DNA of 64,000 nucleotides from an uncultured Desulfuromonadales bacterium (GCA_903929485.1 CAIYUY010000026.1:6279-70278); one strand, 5' to 3'. Numbered from the stretch's first letter, positions 18,955-29,751 are shown. A program made the numbers and translations. The notes: generated by a model from the sequence alone, not told the origin.

Positions 18955-21279
18955 TTAAAAAAAACCGCCCATGGAAAATTCCAGTTTACCGCTTGCCTTG
19001 TCAATCCCGGTGCGAGGGTTGAGGGGGATACCGTATTCCAGTCGGAGCGGTCCCATGGGAGACAACCAGCGGACCCCCCCACCATAACTTGTGAGAAACC
19101 GGGAAAAGAATTGCTGATCACGGCCATCGGGAGTCTGACCCCAGGCATACCCCGCATCGTAGAAAACAACTCCCTTGAGCCCGGCGTCCTTGACCAAGGG
19201 GAAAACGGTTTCCAGGTTGAAGACCCCCTCCTTGACGCCGCCAAGGTAGTTGGTGCCGGTTTGGCCGTAAACACCGGTAATCGGGTCGATCTGTCCCAAC
19301 GGTGTGGTGGGGGAGACGGAACGTGTATCATAGCCGCGCACGGTATTGATTCCCCCCACGAAGAACCGATCCTGCTGATAGATTTCCCGTCCCAGGCTCT
19401 GCATGTAACCGAGAATCCCTCTTGCCGAGCCGACAACGTTCCAAAAAAGCGGTTGATAATATTTTGCCTCACCGGTGTAGCGAAGATACCTGGTTGTCCC
19501 CCCAAGCCCGGCAAATTCCGCGGACAATGATGAGGTCAACCCTTTGGTGGGGTCGGGACGATAGTCGGTGACATTGAGAGTAATGCTTCCCATGACGGAA
19601 CTGGTGGTCGCGTTGGGGACGAGCTGTCCCGATGTCACAAGGGTCTGATCGACGATACCGTAGATCTCGGTTTTGACCAGTTTGTACAGCCAGTAGCTGC
19701 TCAGGTCATCCGTGATGGCATAACCACCCTTGATATCGCCGCCGGTATCTCTCTGGCTGTAATTGGTCCAGTCTCTCTGGGTACGATAGATATCCCCTCC
19801 CAGAGTCCAGCGGGTGTCCAGGAAAAATGGATCGGTAACACCGATGTTGTAAGTCTGGGAACGCCCCCCCAAAGAAGCGGCAAGGTTGGCCTTGAGCCCC
19901 AGTCCCAGGAAGTTGGACTGAGAAACAGACCCCTGGCCGACTATCCCGTCCACCGAACTATAACCGGCGCCGAAACTAAAGGTTCCGGTAGGTTTTTCCT
20001 TAACCTCAACGTTAATGTTCATCTTCTTCTCGTCACTTCCAGCCACCGTGGCGAGGTTGGCCTCCTCGAAGAAACCGAGATTCATCAGGTTCTGCTTGCT
20101 CCTCTTGAGACCGGCGCCACTGGAAAGCTCTCCTTCGGCCAGACGCATCTCGCGACGAATAACCTTGTCACGAGTCTTGCCGTTCCCGGAGATAGTAATC
20201 CGGTCGATGTAGATCTTTTCTCCCTTTTCCATGTCAAAGGTAAGGTCGATGCTCTTTTCCGTGGCATTCATCTTGGTCAGAGGGGTGATATTGGCAAAGG
20301 CATACCCCTTGTCACCGAAGGAATCGGTAAGGGTGAAGACATCGGCCCGGAGCTTACTCCGACTAAAGATCTCACCGGGGACGGTCTGGAGCTTTCCCTT
20401 AATTGCGGGAAGATCATCGGGCATGTCACCCTTGAAGTTCACACTCCCGGCGCGATACTGATCCCCCTCGGTGATGCCGATGGCCACCACGAGTCCGCTC
20501 TTGTCATCCAGGAGCCTGACTTTCGGTTCTCCCACCTTCACATTGGCATAACCGTTGTTCATGTAAAGGTCGGCGATAAGGTTACCGTCATTTTTCAGAA
20601 GCTCTTCTTTATAGGTTCCGGCTCCGGTAAGCCAGGAGAGAAACCATTTTTCCTTGGTCTCCATGACCTTCTTGAGCTGCTTCACCGTATAGGCCGCGGC
20701 TCCGGTGAAGGAGATATCCGTGATATAAACTTTATCCCCTTCATTAATTGTGAACAGGAGCTTCACGTCCGCCGGAGCCGGTTGCGTCATGACGGTAGCC
20801 ACCTCGGCCAGATAATAACCGTCATCGGCATAGAGCTTCTTGATCTTCTTGATGCTGAGAGCCACGTCACGGGGGGTATACACCACTCCGCTCTTGACGG
20901 CAAGAACCTCCCTGATTTTCTCGGTTGAGAGTTCCTTGTTTCCCTTGAACTCTATCTCCCGGACGTAGGGCTTTTCCTGAACGTTGAAAAGGAGCCTGAC
21001 CCCATCCGGAACACGCTCCGTGGCTGCGTTAACATCCTGGAAGAATCCCAGACGATAGATGGCGCGTACGTCGGCGTCGATGCGTGCGAGATCCACCGTG
21101 TCACCTTTTTTCGTAGTGACCACATTGAGAACCGCCGCGGGTTCCACCCTGGCGGCGCCGAGCACGATCACTTCCGTGACCGTAGACTCCCCCCCGGCAA
21201 ATGCCGCCGACGGGCCGATGAGAAGAGAGAGGAGCACCAGCAGGGTAACTCCACCGTTCAGAACCTGTATGAATCTCAC
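18955..21279 (-). CDS. bamA: Outer membrane protein assembly factor
   Basis: POTRA repeats, GNGKTRDKVIRRE, VRGY, SPMGPLRLEYG and terminal Phe. Probable GTG start at 21279. Confidence 0.95.
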   Translation of the reverse strand: MRFIQVLNGGVTLLVLLSLLIGPSAAFAGGESTVTEVIVLGAARVEPAAVLNVVTTKKGDTVDLARIDADVRAIYRLGFFQDVNAATERVPDGVRLLFNVQEKPYVREIEFKGNKELSTEKIREVLAVKSGVVYTPRDVALSIKKIKKLYADDGYYLAEVATVMTQPAPADVKLLFTINEGDKVYITDISFTGAAAYTVKQLKKVMETKEKWFLSWLTGAGTYKEELLKNDGNLIADLYMNNGYANVKVGEPKVRLLDDKSGLVVAIGITEGDQYRAGSVNFKGDMPDDLPAIKGKLQTVPGEIFSRSKLRADVFTLTDSFGDKGYAFANITPLTKMNATEKSIDLTFDMEKGEKIYIDRITISGNGKTRDKVIRREMRLAEGELSSGAGLKRSKQNLMNLGFFEEANLATVAGSDEKKMNINVEVKEKPTGTFSFGAGYSSVDGIVGQGSVSQSNFLGLGLKANLAASLGGRSQTYNIGVTDPFFLDTRWTLGGDIYRTQRDWTNYSQRDTGGDIKGGYAITDDLSSYWLYKLVKTEIYGIVDQTLVTSGQLVPNATTSSVMGSITLNVTDYRPDPTKGLTSSLSAEFAGLGGTTRYLRYTGEAKYYQPLFWNVVGSARGILGYMQSLGREIYQQDRFFVGGINTVRGYDTRSVSPTTPLGQIDPITGVYGQTGTNYLGGVKEGVFNLETVFPLVKDAGLKGVVFYDAGYAWGQTPDGRDQQFFSRFLTSYGGGVRWLSPMGPLRLEYGIPLNPRTGIDKASGKLEFSMGGFF

Positions 21280-21314
21280 TGCGACCTCACATACACGCTG
21301 TAGGTAAAACGACA

Positions 21315-21986
21315 TCAGGATACCCGCCCATCTTCCAGCTGAATGATCTTCCCCATGCCGGCGGCAAACCGCTCATTGTGCGTAACAATAATGAGAGTCA
21401 GACCAAGCTCGTCATGGAGTTGACGGAGGAGATCATGAACCTCGTCGCTGCTTCTTCGGTCAAGATTGCCCGTGGGCTCATCGGCCAAAAGAAGCGCCGG
21501 GGAAAGAAAGAGCGCCCGGGCAATGGCCACCCGTTGCTGCTCGCCGCCGGAAAGCTCCGTCGGTCGGTGGGTCAGGCGGTGCCCCAACCCAACTTTCCTG
21601 AGGAGCTCTTCCGCCATCGGCTCCAGCTCCCGCCGCTTCCGCCGGTTGATGAGCCCCGGCATCATAACGTTCTCCAGGGCGGTAAACTCCGGGAGGAGGT
21701 GATGAAACTGAAAAACGAAACCGATGGTCCGATTCCTGAAGGTTGCCAGGGCTGCTTCCCCCCTGGAAAATATTTCCTCATCCCGGAAGAGAAGCGTCCC
21801 CCCCGTGGGAAGATCCAGAGTCCCCATGATATGGAGGAGTGTCGTCTTCCCCGCCCCTGAGCTCCCCACCAAGGCGATGGTCTCCCCGGCGGCCACATTC
21901 ATGGTGATCCCCTTGAGAACCTCCACCCTCCCCTGGCCGGCGCCATAGGATTTCCGGACGTCCCGGAGTTCCAGAAGGTTACTCAT
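21315..21986 (-). CDS. lolD: Lipoprotein-releasing ABC ATP-binding protein
   Basis: [34 protein letters not shown] and [12 protein letters not shown] 21986 overlaps the lolC stop. Confidence 0.93.
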   Translation of the reverse strand: MSNLLELRDVRKSYGAGQGRVEVLKGITMNVAAGETIALVGSSGAGKTTLLHIMGTLDLPTGGTLLFRDEEIFSRGEAALATFRNRTIGFVFQFHHLLPEFTALENVMMPGLINRRKRRELEPMAEELLRKVGLGHRLTHRPTELSGGEQQRVAIARALFLSPALLLADEPTGNLDRRSSDEVHDLLRQLHDELGLTLIIVTHNERFAAGMGKIIQLEDGRVS

Positions 21987-23238
21987 AACGAAGCGCCTGT
22001 GCCGGCGGTAATCGGGAAGCCTGCCACGAAGGATACAGGGTCGCCAGAAAGGAGATAAGAATCGCCGTGATGGAGATAAGCGCCACATCTCCCGCTATCA
22101 CCCGCGACGGGAAATGGTCAAGATAATAGACATCCTTACTGAAAAACTGAAGGCCGGTGATGGTCTGGATGATGTTCACGATACTCTCCAGGTTCAGGGC
22201 AATGACCAGTCCCCCCAGAACACCGAAGAACGTGCCGATGACGCCGACCACAACCCCTTCCAGCACAAAAATCTTCATGATGGATAACCCCGTCCCCCCC
22301 ATGGACTTAAGGATGGCGATATCCTTGCTCTTCTCCATCACCACCATAAAAAGGGTGGAGGCGATGCCGAAGGCCGCCACCAGGACGATGAGGGTCAGAA
22401 TGATGAACATGACCATCTTCTCCGTCTTGAGGGCAAAGAGGATGTTCTTATTCATCTGCATCCAGTCCCGGGCATAATAAGGGTATCCCAGGGTCCGGTT
22501 AATCTCCTTGGAAATCAGCCCGGTCCCATAGACATCCGCAACCCTGAGTTGTATTCCGGTGACCGCGTCTCCCAGGGAAAGGAACGCCTGCGCTTCCCTT
22601 ATCCCCACATAGGCCAGCGTCGAATCATATTCGAACATCCCCGTGTTGAAGAGACCCACCACCCGAAACGGTTTCATCTTGGGGATCATTCCCAGGGGGG
22701 TCAGGGTACCCAAGGGGGAGATAACACTCACCTTATCTCCCACGGTCAGGTTCAGGTTCTTCGCCAGCTCCCTGCCGATGATGATACCCGGTTCGGCCCC
22801 CTTCACCGGTCCCGACGATTCCAGTCCCGCCAAGGTTCCTTCCACCAGGGATTTCTGAAAGTTTGTCACCTTGGCGTCGCTTTTGGGGTCCATCCCCCGC
22901 AAGACTACCCCGGAGACGTTTTTGCCGCTGGAAAGCATGACCTGGCTGTAGATGAACGGAGTCGCCGCCGTCACGCCGGGGATTCCACGCAACCGCGCCA
23001 TGACTCCGGGATAATCTTCCATGGTCCCGCTGCTCTTCAGAACGACGATATGAGCATTGGTTCCCAGAATCTTCTCCTTCAGATCCTCCTCGAACCCGGT
23101 CATCACCGCAAGAACGATGATAAGGGCCATGACCCCCAACGCCACACCCGAGGTGGAGATAAAGGTAATGATGGAGATAAAGGCGGATCTTTTCTTGGCC
23201 CGCAAGTAGCGCAAGGCGACGAACAGCTCGTAGGTCAT
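21979..23238 (-). CDS. lolC: Lipoprotein-releasing ABC permease (LolC/E/F family)
   Basis: [29 protein letters not shown] and [16 protein letters not shown]. Confidence 0.92.
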   Translation of the reverse strand: MTYELFVALRYLRAKKRSAFISIITFISTSGVALGVMALIIVLAVMTGFEEDLKEKILGTNAHIVVLKSSGTMEDYPGVMARLRGIPGVTAATPFIYSQVMLSSGKNVSGVVLRGMDPKSDAKVTNFQKSLVEGTLAGLESSGPVKGAEPGIIIGRELAKNLNLTVGDKVSVISPLGTLTPLGMIPKMKPFRVVGLFNTGMFEYDSTLAYVGIREAQAFLSLGDAVTGIQLRVADVYGTGLISKEINRTLGYPYYARDWMQMNKNILFALKTEKMVMFIILTLIVLVAAFGIASTLFMVVMEKSKDIAILKSMGGTGLSIMKIFVLEGVVVGVIGTFFGVLGGLVIALNLESIVNIIQTITGLQFFSKDVYYLDHFPSRVIAGDVALISITAILISFLATLYPSWQASRLPPAQALRYE

Positions 23239-23251
23239 ATGTTTATAAACT

Positions 23252-23318
23252 GTTCTAGGTTCTAGGTTCTAGGTTCTAGGTTATGAAACGTAGAACGCAG
23301 AACGTAGAACATAGAACC
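23252..23318. repeat. Inverted arrays of heptamer repeats
   Basis: (GTTCTAG)x4 followed by (YAGAACN)x4; the arrays can fold on each other. Lies between lysS and lolC. Confidence 0.85.
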
Positions 23319-23323
23319 GTTCC

Positions 23324-24802
23324 TTACCTCGTTTCCTTCCTGAGCTGCGGGAAGAGGATGACGTCGCGAATGGAGGGAGAATTGGTGAAAAGCATGACCA
23401 AACGGTCAATGCCGATCCCCTCGCCGGCGGTGGGGGGCATGCCATACTCCAACGCCCGGATATAATCCTCATCCATGTAGTGAGCTTCTTCATCCCCCTT
23501 TTCTTTCAGGGAAACCTGGGCGAGAAACCGCTCCTTCTGGTCAACCGGGTCGTTCAGCTCCGAAAAGGCGTTGGCCAGTTCACGCCCAGCGATGTACAGC
23601 TCGAACCGGTCCACGATCTCCGGGTCGTCGTCGTTTTTCCGCGACAGGGGAGAGACCTCGGTGGGATAGGCGGTGATGAAGGTGGGCTGAATCAGCTTCG
23701 TCTCCGCCACCTCCTCGAAGATCTCCATGAGCAGCCTGCCGTAGCTGATCTTTTCGGGGAGTTCCAGGCCGATCTTTTGGGCGTAGGCATATGCCAGATC
23801 CCGATCCTCCAGGCTTTTGCGATCGATGGCGCCATACTCAACCACCGCTTCCTTCACGGTGAGCCGTTTCCAGGGGCGCTGAAAACTTATGTTCTCACCC
23901 TGACAGGTGAAATCCAGGCTCCCCAGGAGTTCCTGGGCCACATGACAAAGGAGCTCCTCCGTATACGTTATGAGATCTTCATAAGTGGCATAAGCCCGGT
24001 AGAACTCCATCATGGTGAATTCGGGATTATGCCGAATGGAGATCCCTTCATTCCGGAAGTTACGATTGATCTCGAAGACCCGCTCGAACCCACCCACCAC
24101 CAGCCGCTTGAGATACAATTCAGGGGCGATGCGCAGGTAAAGGTCCATGTCCAGGGCGTTGTGATGGGTGACGAAGGGGCGGGCAGTGGCGCCGCCGGGG
24201 ATCTGCTGCATCATGGGGGTCTCGACTTCCAAAAAGTCGTTTTTCACCATGAAGTCACGGATAAGGGTGATGATCCGGGAACGCTTCAAAAAGACGTCGC
24301 GGGATTCCGGGTTGACGATGAGATCAACATATCGCTGGCGGTAGCGGGTCTCCACGTCGGTAAGCCCATGAAATTTTTCGGGAAGGGGCTGAAAGGACTT
24401 GGTCAGGAGCCGGATGGTCGTCACATGAAGGGACAGTTCACCGGTCTTGGTCCGAAAAGGCCACCCCTGGGCGCCGACAATATCCCCCAGGTCGAAGGTC
24501 TCGAAGCAGGCAAAGACCTCTTCTCCCACCACGTCCTTCTTCACGTACAGCTGTATCCGCCCCTTGCGATCCTGAAGCTGAATGAAGGCGGCCTTGCCGA
24601 AGGAGCGGCGAGCCATGATCCTGCCGGCAACCACGAAGGTCTCGGCATTTTCCGGTATGTCAGCACTCTCGCCATAGGCGGCCGCAAGATCCGCGGATGT
24701 CTGTCGGGGGGTAAAATCATTGGGATAGGGGTTAATCCCTTCTTCCCACATTTTGTTCACCTTACGGCGGCGTTGCAACGTCAGTTCATGTAGTTCTTCC
24801 AT
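23324..24802 (-). CDS. lysS: Lysyl-tRNA synthetase, class II
   Basis: [34 protein letters not shown] and [15 protein letters not shown]. Confidence 0.98.
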   Translation of the reverse strand: MEELHELTLQRRRKVNKMWEEGINPYPNDFTPRQTSADLAAAYGESADIPENAETFVVAGRIMARRSFGKAAFIQLQDRKGRIQLYVKKDVVGEEVFACFETFDLGDIVGAQGWPFRTKTGELSLHVTTIRLLTKSFQPLPEKFHGLTDVETRYRQRYVDLIVNPESRDVFLKRSRIITLIRDFMVKNDFLEVETPMMQQIPGGATARPFVTHHNALDMDLYLRIAPELYLKRLVVGGFERVFEINRNFRNEGISIRHNPEFTMMEFYRAYATYEDLITYTEELLCHVAQELLGSLDFTCQGENISFQRPWKRLTVKEAVVEYGAIDRKSLEDRDLAYAYAQKIGLELPEKISYGRLLMEIFEEVAETKLIQPTFITAYPTEVSPLSRKNDDDPEIVDRFELYIAGRELANAFSELNDPVDQKERFLAQVSLKEKGDEEAHYMDEDYIRALEYGMPPTAGEGIGIDRLVMLFTNSPSIRDVILFPQLRKETR

Positions 24803-24843
24803 GCGAGGATCGGACCTTTCATGCTTAAATTCAGTAATCGTAG

Positions 24844-24872
24844 AAAATAGCCTGTTCCCCGGAGGCAGTCAA
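24844..24872 (-). promoter_or_regulatory. Putative sigma70 promoter for the lysS/envelope cluster
   Basis: TTGACT-N17-TATTTT on the minus strand, about 40 nt upstream of the lysS ATG. Confidence 0.55.
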
Positions 24873-24889
24873 GGGAAAAGGGGCGGGCT

Positions 24890-26137
24890 TTAAGGGAACC
24901 CAAAGATCACCGTCGGGACAAGAACATCGGTGGTGGAATTCACCCCCACCTGTCCGTAGGCGTTGTGTCCCCATGACCATCCCCTGGCGCCGGAAAAGGC
25001 AAGGGAGTGGTGGCCGATGGCAAGTATTCTGTCAATGGCGGCAAGACCCGGCACCTGTACCGCCAGATGGCTGTCGATCATGGTCCCCTGCCCCAGCTGT
25101 CCATAACCGTTATACCCCCAGGCCCAGAGGGTGCCGTCGCTCTTCAGCGCCAGGGAATGATCAAGCCCGGCGGCAATGGCGATCACCCCGCTCAAGGGGG
25201 TATTGTTTGCATCGATAACCACCTTTACCGGCGCCGACGACGAGACAACGGCATTGTTACCTAACTGACCGTAGTTGTCATATCCCCAGGCAGCCACCGT
25301 CCCGTCGTTCAAGAGTGCGAGGCTGTGACTTCCACCGGCGGCGATGGCTTTCACGCTACCCAGTAAACGTATCCCGCTATTGAGCAGACCGACAACTTGA
25401 GCCGGCACCTGGGTAGCGATATTGACGGTTGTATCAGTAGGGAGACCGTCTCCAAGCTGCCCGCCATAACTGTTGCCCCAGGCCCAGACAGAGCCGTTGA
25501 CGTCCAGGGCAAGGCTGAAAACACCGCCGGCGGCAATGGCGGAGGCGGTGAAACCACCACTACCGGGAGCTGCCTGTACGATCATGGCATACGTGTTGTA
25601 ACCGGGTGTTAACGGGTCGGGGTTATACCCCAATTGACCCCAGGTATTGGCCCCCCAGGCCCAGACACTCCCCGTGGCGTCCAGGGCCAGGCTATGATTC
25701 CCCCCCGCGGCCACGGCAGTCACATTGGAGAGATGGGTATGGGCGCTGGTTTTGTTGCTGAAAACCTTTACCGGCTGATAGGTGGCCGTTACCGTTCCGC
25801 TACCCAGTTGACCGTAGCCGTTATTTCCCCAGCTCCAGACACCTCCCAGATTGTCGAGGGCCAGCGAGTCTGTTCCCCCGGTCACGACATCTTTCACCTT
25901 GGGGAGACCGGCAATGGGTACCGGTATCAGGCTGTTGGCGTTAGTGCCGTTTCCCAGCTGGCCATACCCGTTATTCCCCCATCCCATGGCGGTGTGGTTG
26001 CGAAAGGCGATAGTTTGGATATAGCCGGTTGTCACCAGTTGCGATGAAATCGGCCAGGTGGATGAGGAGTTGCTCCCGCAAGCCGTCAGTGTTCCCAGGA
26101 GTGCGGCTCCCGTCAGGGCATATCGTAAGATTTTCAT
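24890..26137 (-). CDS. RCC1/BLIP-II repeat beta-propeller lipoprotein
   Basis: Lipobox LTAC followed by about 7 repeats of (AG..HSLAL...G.V)W.WG.N.YGQLG. Confidence 0.9.
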   Translation of the reverse strand: MKILRYALTGAALLGTLTACGSNSSSTWPISSQLVTTGYIQTIAFRNHTAMGWGNNGYGQLGNGTNANSLIPVPIAGLPKVKDVVTGGTDSLALDNLGGVWSWGNNGYGQLGSGTVTATYQPVKVFSNKTSAHTHLSNVTAVAAGGNHSLALDATGSVWAWGANTWGQLGYNPDPLTPGYNTYAMIVQAAPGSGGFTASAIAAGGVFSLALDVNGSVWAWGNSYGGQLGDGLPTDTTVNIATQVPAQVVGLLNSGIRLLGSVKAIAAGGSHSLALLNDGTVAAWGYDNYGQLGNNAVVSSSAPVKVVIDANNTPLSGVIAIAAGLDHSLALKSDGTLWAWGYNGYGQLGQGTMIDSHLAVQVPGLAAIDRILAIGHHSLAFSGARGWSWGHNAYGQVGVNSTTDVLVPTVIFGFP

Positions 26138-26227
26138 GGTTTAAGTGCTCCGTTTCAGTGGGGTAATCCCGTCAGGGAATCAGGAGTTAACTATACTAAC
26201 AGGGAAATGTCAAGGACAGTTAGGCAT

Positions 26228-26271
26228 GTGCACGGGTTCATGGTGCGCACCGAAACCCGTGCGCACCCTTC
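26228..26271. repeat. Degenerate REP-like hairpin
   Basis: GGTGCGCAC-N8-GTGCGCACC, preceded on the minus strand by GAAG (GTAG-like tag). Confidence 0.45.
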
Positions 26272-26293
26272 GGAGTCCAAGACCGTTGCATAT

Positions 26294-27034
26294 CTACCGG
26301 GAGTCCTCTAACAGCCGGGATAATTCTCTATAATATTCAATGGTCTTAGTGACATGCGGCATTTCTTCACCATCCCGGAGATTCAAGAAAATCTCTCTGT
26401 TGATGTCGGCCGGTTCGTAATCCGGGTCAATTTCCAAGGCTCTGTTGAATGCGGAGAGCGCCTCCTGTTTTCTCCCAAGGTATGCGTGGCATAAACCGAG
26501 ATTACCATATGATTGGGTATGAATTTTATTCGATTCACAAACTTTCAGGAATCCCGTAATCGCCTCTTCATACTCACGGTTCTGCATTTTTGAAAATGCG
26601 ACTTCAAAACGGTTCATTTCTTTAAGGTATTGATCCGGAGTCAAGCCGGTGCCGTGAAAGATTGACGTACCCATGTGAGTTAAAAAGTCACGAGCAGATT
26701 TCACAAAATCATCTTTTTGATCACCAAATTACACAACCTTTATGAAACATTTTATTGAATTACCCACGTCTAGCAAGTTTTAACAAGAACTAGCCTTATT
26801 GTGCCATGCTTCAGCGAAGTATGGAAAAAGATCAAGACATTTATCAAAATGTACAATTGATAATTTGTAGTCGCCTTTTATAGCCAGTAACGATCCCATG
26901 CCGAACTGGACGATGAACCCCTAATCTCTTGTCATGGCGCAACAGCGAGGACAAACAAGAGCGTTATTGTTGAGTTTGCAGAGACGTTTGCCTTTTACGG
27001 TCAGGCAAACCGAACACTTTGGTTTTATAGATAT
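26294..27034 (-). pseudogene. Pseudogene of a Cys-rich N-terminal domain + TPR protein
   Basis: One continuous frame from ATA (27034, behind AGGAG) to 26294 with three in-frame stops: TAG 26921-23, TAA 26780-82, TAA 26729-31. Reads KCSVC...KGKRLC...CPRCC then TPR motifs (AEAWHNKA, YGNLGLCHAYLG...ALEIDP). AT-rich. Confidence 0.8.
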
Positions 27035-27056
27035 GAGTTCTCCTGAATTCTACTCA

Positions 27057-28703
27057 TCAGAGCGCCCCCAGAACCTTCAGCAGATGGGGCACCATCTGCT
27101 TCTTGCGAGACATGACCCCCAGCAGTTCATAAAGGTGTGGTTCGATCTGGGGATACCCCATGACATGGGCCAGCTCGTTTTTTCCCTCCACCAGGAGGAG
27201 GGTCGTCTCGCTGTAGATATCGGTCACCATGAGCCCCGCCATGGCCAAACGCTCCTCCTCCTTCACCCGTTTCAGCGCCTCCCGCAAACTATCCCTGATC
27301 TCGTAAAATTCATCGAAGCCGACCACCTCCACCTGCCCGAGACCGAAAAGTGTCTCCCCGGCGGTAAACTGCTTGAAATCGGCGCGTATGGCGACTTCCA
27401 GCGATTCATAGGCGGAAAAGCCGCTGCAGGAGGAAAATATCTCCCGGCCGAACCGGGCATGATCCAGTCCGGACCGCTCCTCCAGCCAGAGCGCCAGTTC
27501 CCGATCACGACGGGTGGTGGTGGGGGATTTGAGAATTACCGTATCGGTAACAATCCCCGCAAGAAGAAGCGCCGCGATGGAAGGCTCCGGATCGATCCCC
27601 CGCTCCCGATAGAGGGAAGCCACGATGGTGCAGGTGCTCCCCACCGGAGCCGCCATGAAGGTGATCGGCTGGTTCGTGGGGGAATTCCCCAGCTTGTGAT
27701 GATCGATGACCTCCAGGATCTCCACCGCCTCGGCCCCCGGCACCGCCTGGGCCAGTTCGTTGTGATCCACCAGGATCAGGGCGTAGGGGAGCGGCGCCAG
27801 GAGCGAAGACTTGGTGGCGACCCCGGCCACGGTGCCGTCCTCCTCCAGGACGATCACCGCCGGCTCTCCCGAATGGAGAAGCTTCAGCCGCAAATGCTCC
27901 AGCGGCTCGGCTATCCCCACCTGCTCATACCGCGCTTCCACGAATTCCGTCAGCGGCGTGGAAAGCCGGGTCAGGGAAGCGGCGGTCGCCGTATCGTGAG
28001 GGGTGGAAAGAATCGTGACCCCGTTTGCACGGGCCAGCTCCCGCAGGTCGTCGTCTATATGCGGTCCCCCGGTCACCACCAGGAGCCTCACCCCCATCTG
28101 AATGGCCGTCTGCTGAATGGAGCGGCGATCCCCGGTCATGACCAGCAGGGACGCCGGGTCATACCCCTCGATCCGGCTGGTGAACGACTCCTCCCGCATG
28201 GCGCCGATAAAGAGATGGAGGTGTTCGATGGTGTCTCGGGACTCACCGGTAATGAAGGTCGCCCCCAGACAGGTCGCCAGGGAGCGGAGGGAGGTATCCA
28301 CCCCACGCATCCGGTCCGTGCCGGCCAGCAGGTATTTTTCCGACAATCGCAGGAGCGTGACGATCCCCAGAGGGGCATTCCCCACGTCCACCACGGGTAG
28401 TACCCGGACGTTATGGCGATGGAACAGTTCCAGCGCCTCCTTCAGGGAAAGGGTCGCCGCCGCGGTAACCGGCTGCCGCTTGATGACGTCCCGGACCTTG
28501 GGGTGCACATCGGCAAGGTAGAGGGGAGGAGCGATCCCCAGCCGTTCCAGGATGGAGCGGGTCTGCGGGTTGGGATTTCCCGCCATGGCGGCGCGGACTT
28601 TTGAGTACCCCAGTTTCTTTTTCAACTCCGCATAGGCAATGGCCGACGCAATGGAATCGGTATCCGGGTTCCGGTGGCCGATGACGTAGATCTGTTTGCT
28701 CAA
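27057..28703 (-). CDS. ppaC: Family II Mn-dependent inorganic pyrophosphatase with CBS and DRTGG insert
   Basis: GHRNPDTDS, LVDHNE, IDHH, VGSTCT and SRKKQ, with CBS/DRTGG (TGDR) insert. TTG start at 28703. Confidence 0.92.
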   Translation of the reverse strand: MSKQIYVIGHRNPDTDSIASAIAYAELKKKLGYSKVRAAMAGNPNPQTRSILERLGIAPPLYLADVHPKVRDVIKRQPVTAAATLSLKEALELFHRHNVRVLPVVDVGNAPLGIVTLLRLSEKYLLAGTDRMRGVDTSLRSLATCLGATFITGESRDTIEHLHLFIGAMREESFTSRIEGYDPASLLVMTGDRRSIQQTAIQMGVRLLVVTGGPHIDDDLRELARANGVTILSTPHDTATAASLTRLSTPLTEFVEARYEQVGIAEPLEHLRLKLLHSGEPAVIVLEEDGTVAGVATKSSLLAPLPYALILVDHNELAQAVPGAEAVEILEVIDHHKLGNSPTNQPITFMAAPVGSTCTIVASLYRERGIDPEPSIAALLLAGIVTDTVILKSPTTTRRDRELALWLEERSGLDHARFGREIFSSCSGFSAYESLEVAIRADFKQFTAGETLFGLGQVEVVGFDEFYEIRDSLREALKRVKEEERLAMAGLMVTDIYSETTLLLVEGKNELAHVMGYPQIEPHLYELLGVMSRKKQMVPHLLKVLGAL

Positions 28704-28743
28704 GGTGTTCTCCCAAAAAAGCGTATTCAGTGAAATCAGTGGA

Positions 28744-29625
28744 TCAGTACAGCTCCTCCCCGTACTCCGGCACCTGGTCAAGAAACCCCGGTATCCGCTC
28801 TCCCTGCGCCATGGCCGCATCCACATCGGCAATGAGTCGCTCCCGGTCCTTGGGGTAACTCCCCGCCAGATTAAGGAAGTTGGAGACGTGGTTGGAACGG
28901 AGGATGGTCCGGGAAGGATTGAGCCCTGTTACAATCTCGCGTACCTCCTGCAACAGCTCCCGGTGGCTGCACTGCTCAATCCCCCGGATGAAGTCGTCGT
29001 TGTGACGCCGGAACAGGGTGAGGAGGGAAAAATATTCGGGATTCACCACGTTAACCCAGGAGGCGGTGGCGCGGGCATGCTCAAGGCTCCTCCCCTTCCC
29101 CGCCAGCCCCAGGATGGCGGTCACCGAGAGCTTCATCCCCGCCCCCCTGGCCTTAAGACCCAGCTCCGCCATGGCGCCGCCATCAAAACCTTTGCCAATG
29201 GCGAGCAATGTCGTATCGTCCCCGGATTCCAGCCCCAGATAGAGCATCCGGAGCTGCTTCTCCCGGAGCAGCGCCAGCTCCGCAAGACTCTTGCCGGCCA
29301 GACTCCGGGGCGAGGCATAGGAACCGATCCGAGTCAATGCAGGGAAGGTAGCAGCCAAGGTGTCAAGAATGGTGCGAAGCCCCTGAAAGGGATAGACCAG
29401 GGCATCGCCGTCAGCAAGAAAAACCCGATGGATACCATCACGATGGCGCTCCGGTATGGCGGCAATTTCCGTCAACACCTCACCCACCGGCTTCAACCGG
29501 AACTGCTTTCCCTTGTACATTCCGCAGAAGGTGCAGCGATTCTGTGAACAGCCGATGGTGATCTGAAAGATAAGGGATCGGGCCTCCGATGGCGGGCGAA
29601 AGAGCGGCTCCTCATACTGGGGCAT
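28744..29625 (-). CDS. Radical SAM protein of unknown function
   Basis: CSQNRCTFC (CxxxCxxC), RPPSEA, FLADGDAL, YLGLESG and RSNHVSN. Confidence 0.88.
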   Translation of the reverse strand: MPQYEEPLFRPPSEARSLIFQITIGCSQNRCTFCGMYKGKQFRLKPVGEVLTEIAAIPERHRDGIHRVFLADGDALVYPFQGLRTILDTLAATFPALTRIGSYASPRSLAGKSLAELALLREKQLRMLYLGLESGDDTTLLAIGKGFDGGAMAELGLKARGAGMKLSVTAILGLAGKGRSLEHARATASWVNVVNPEYFSLLTLFRRHNDDFIRGIEQCSHRELLQEVREIVTGLNPSRTILRSNHVSNFLNLAGSYPKDRERLIADVDAAMAQGERIPGFLDQVPEYGEELY

Positions 29626-29660
29626 GGGACGAAAACCTCTTTGTCTTTTTCGGTAGAGGC

Positions 29661-29710
29661 AAAAAACCGCTCTCACCGTAAGCGGATTACGAAGAGAACG
29701 GTTTTGATTT
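29661..29710 (-). terminator. Putative intrinsic terminator after the mglA-like gene
   Basis: AAAACCGCTCTC...GAGAACGGTTTT stem flanked by A and T runs. Confidence 0.55.
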
Positions 29711-29751
29711 TCAACTGAGCTCGTAGAATCAGTTCTGATGCTTGTCCGGGT

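Noticed and set aside
26729-26923. Stop-codon recoding as the explanation for the in-frame stops
   Set aside because: TAA and TAG both terminate normal genes throughout the window, and the start codon is also damaged, so decay is the simpler explanation.
26986-27010. GTTTGCC...GGCAAAC hairpin as a c-di-GMP (GEMM) riboswitch
   Set aside because: No GAAA tetraloop/receptor or second stem follows, and the bases are explained as coding sequence of the pseudogene's Cys-rich region.
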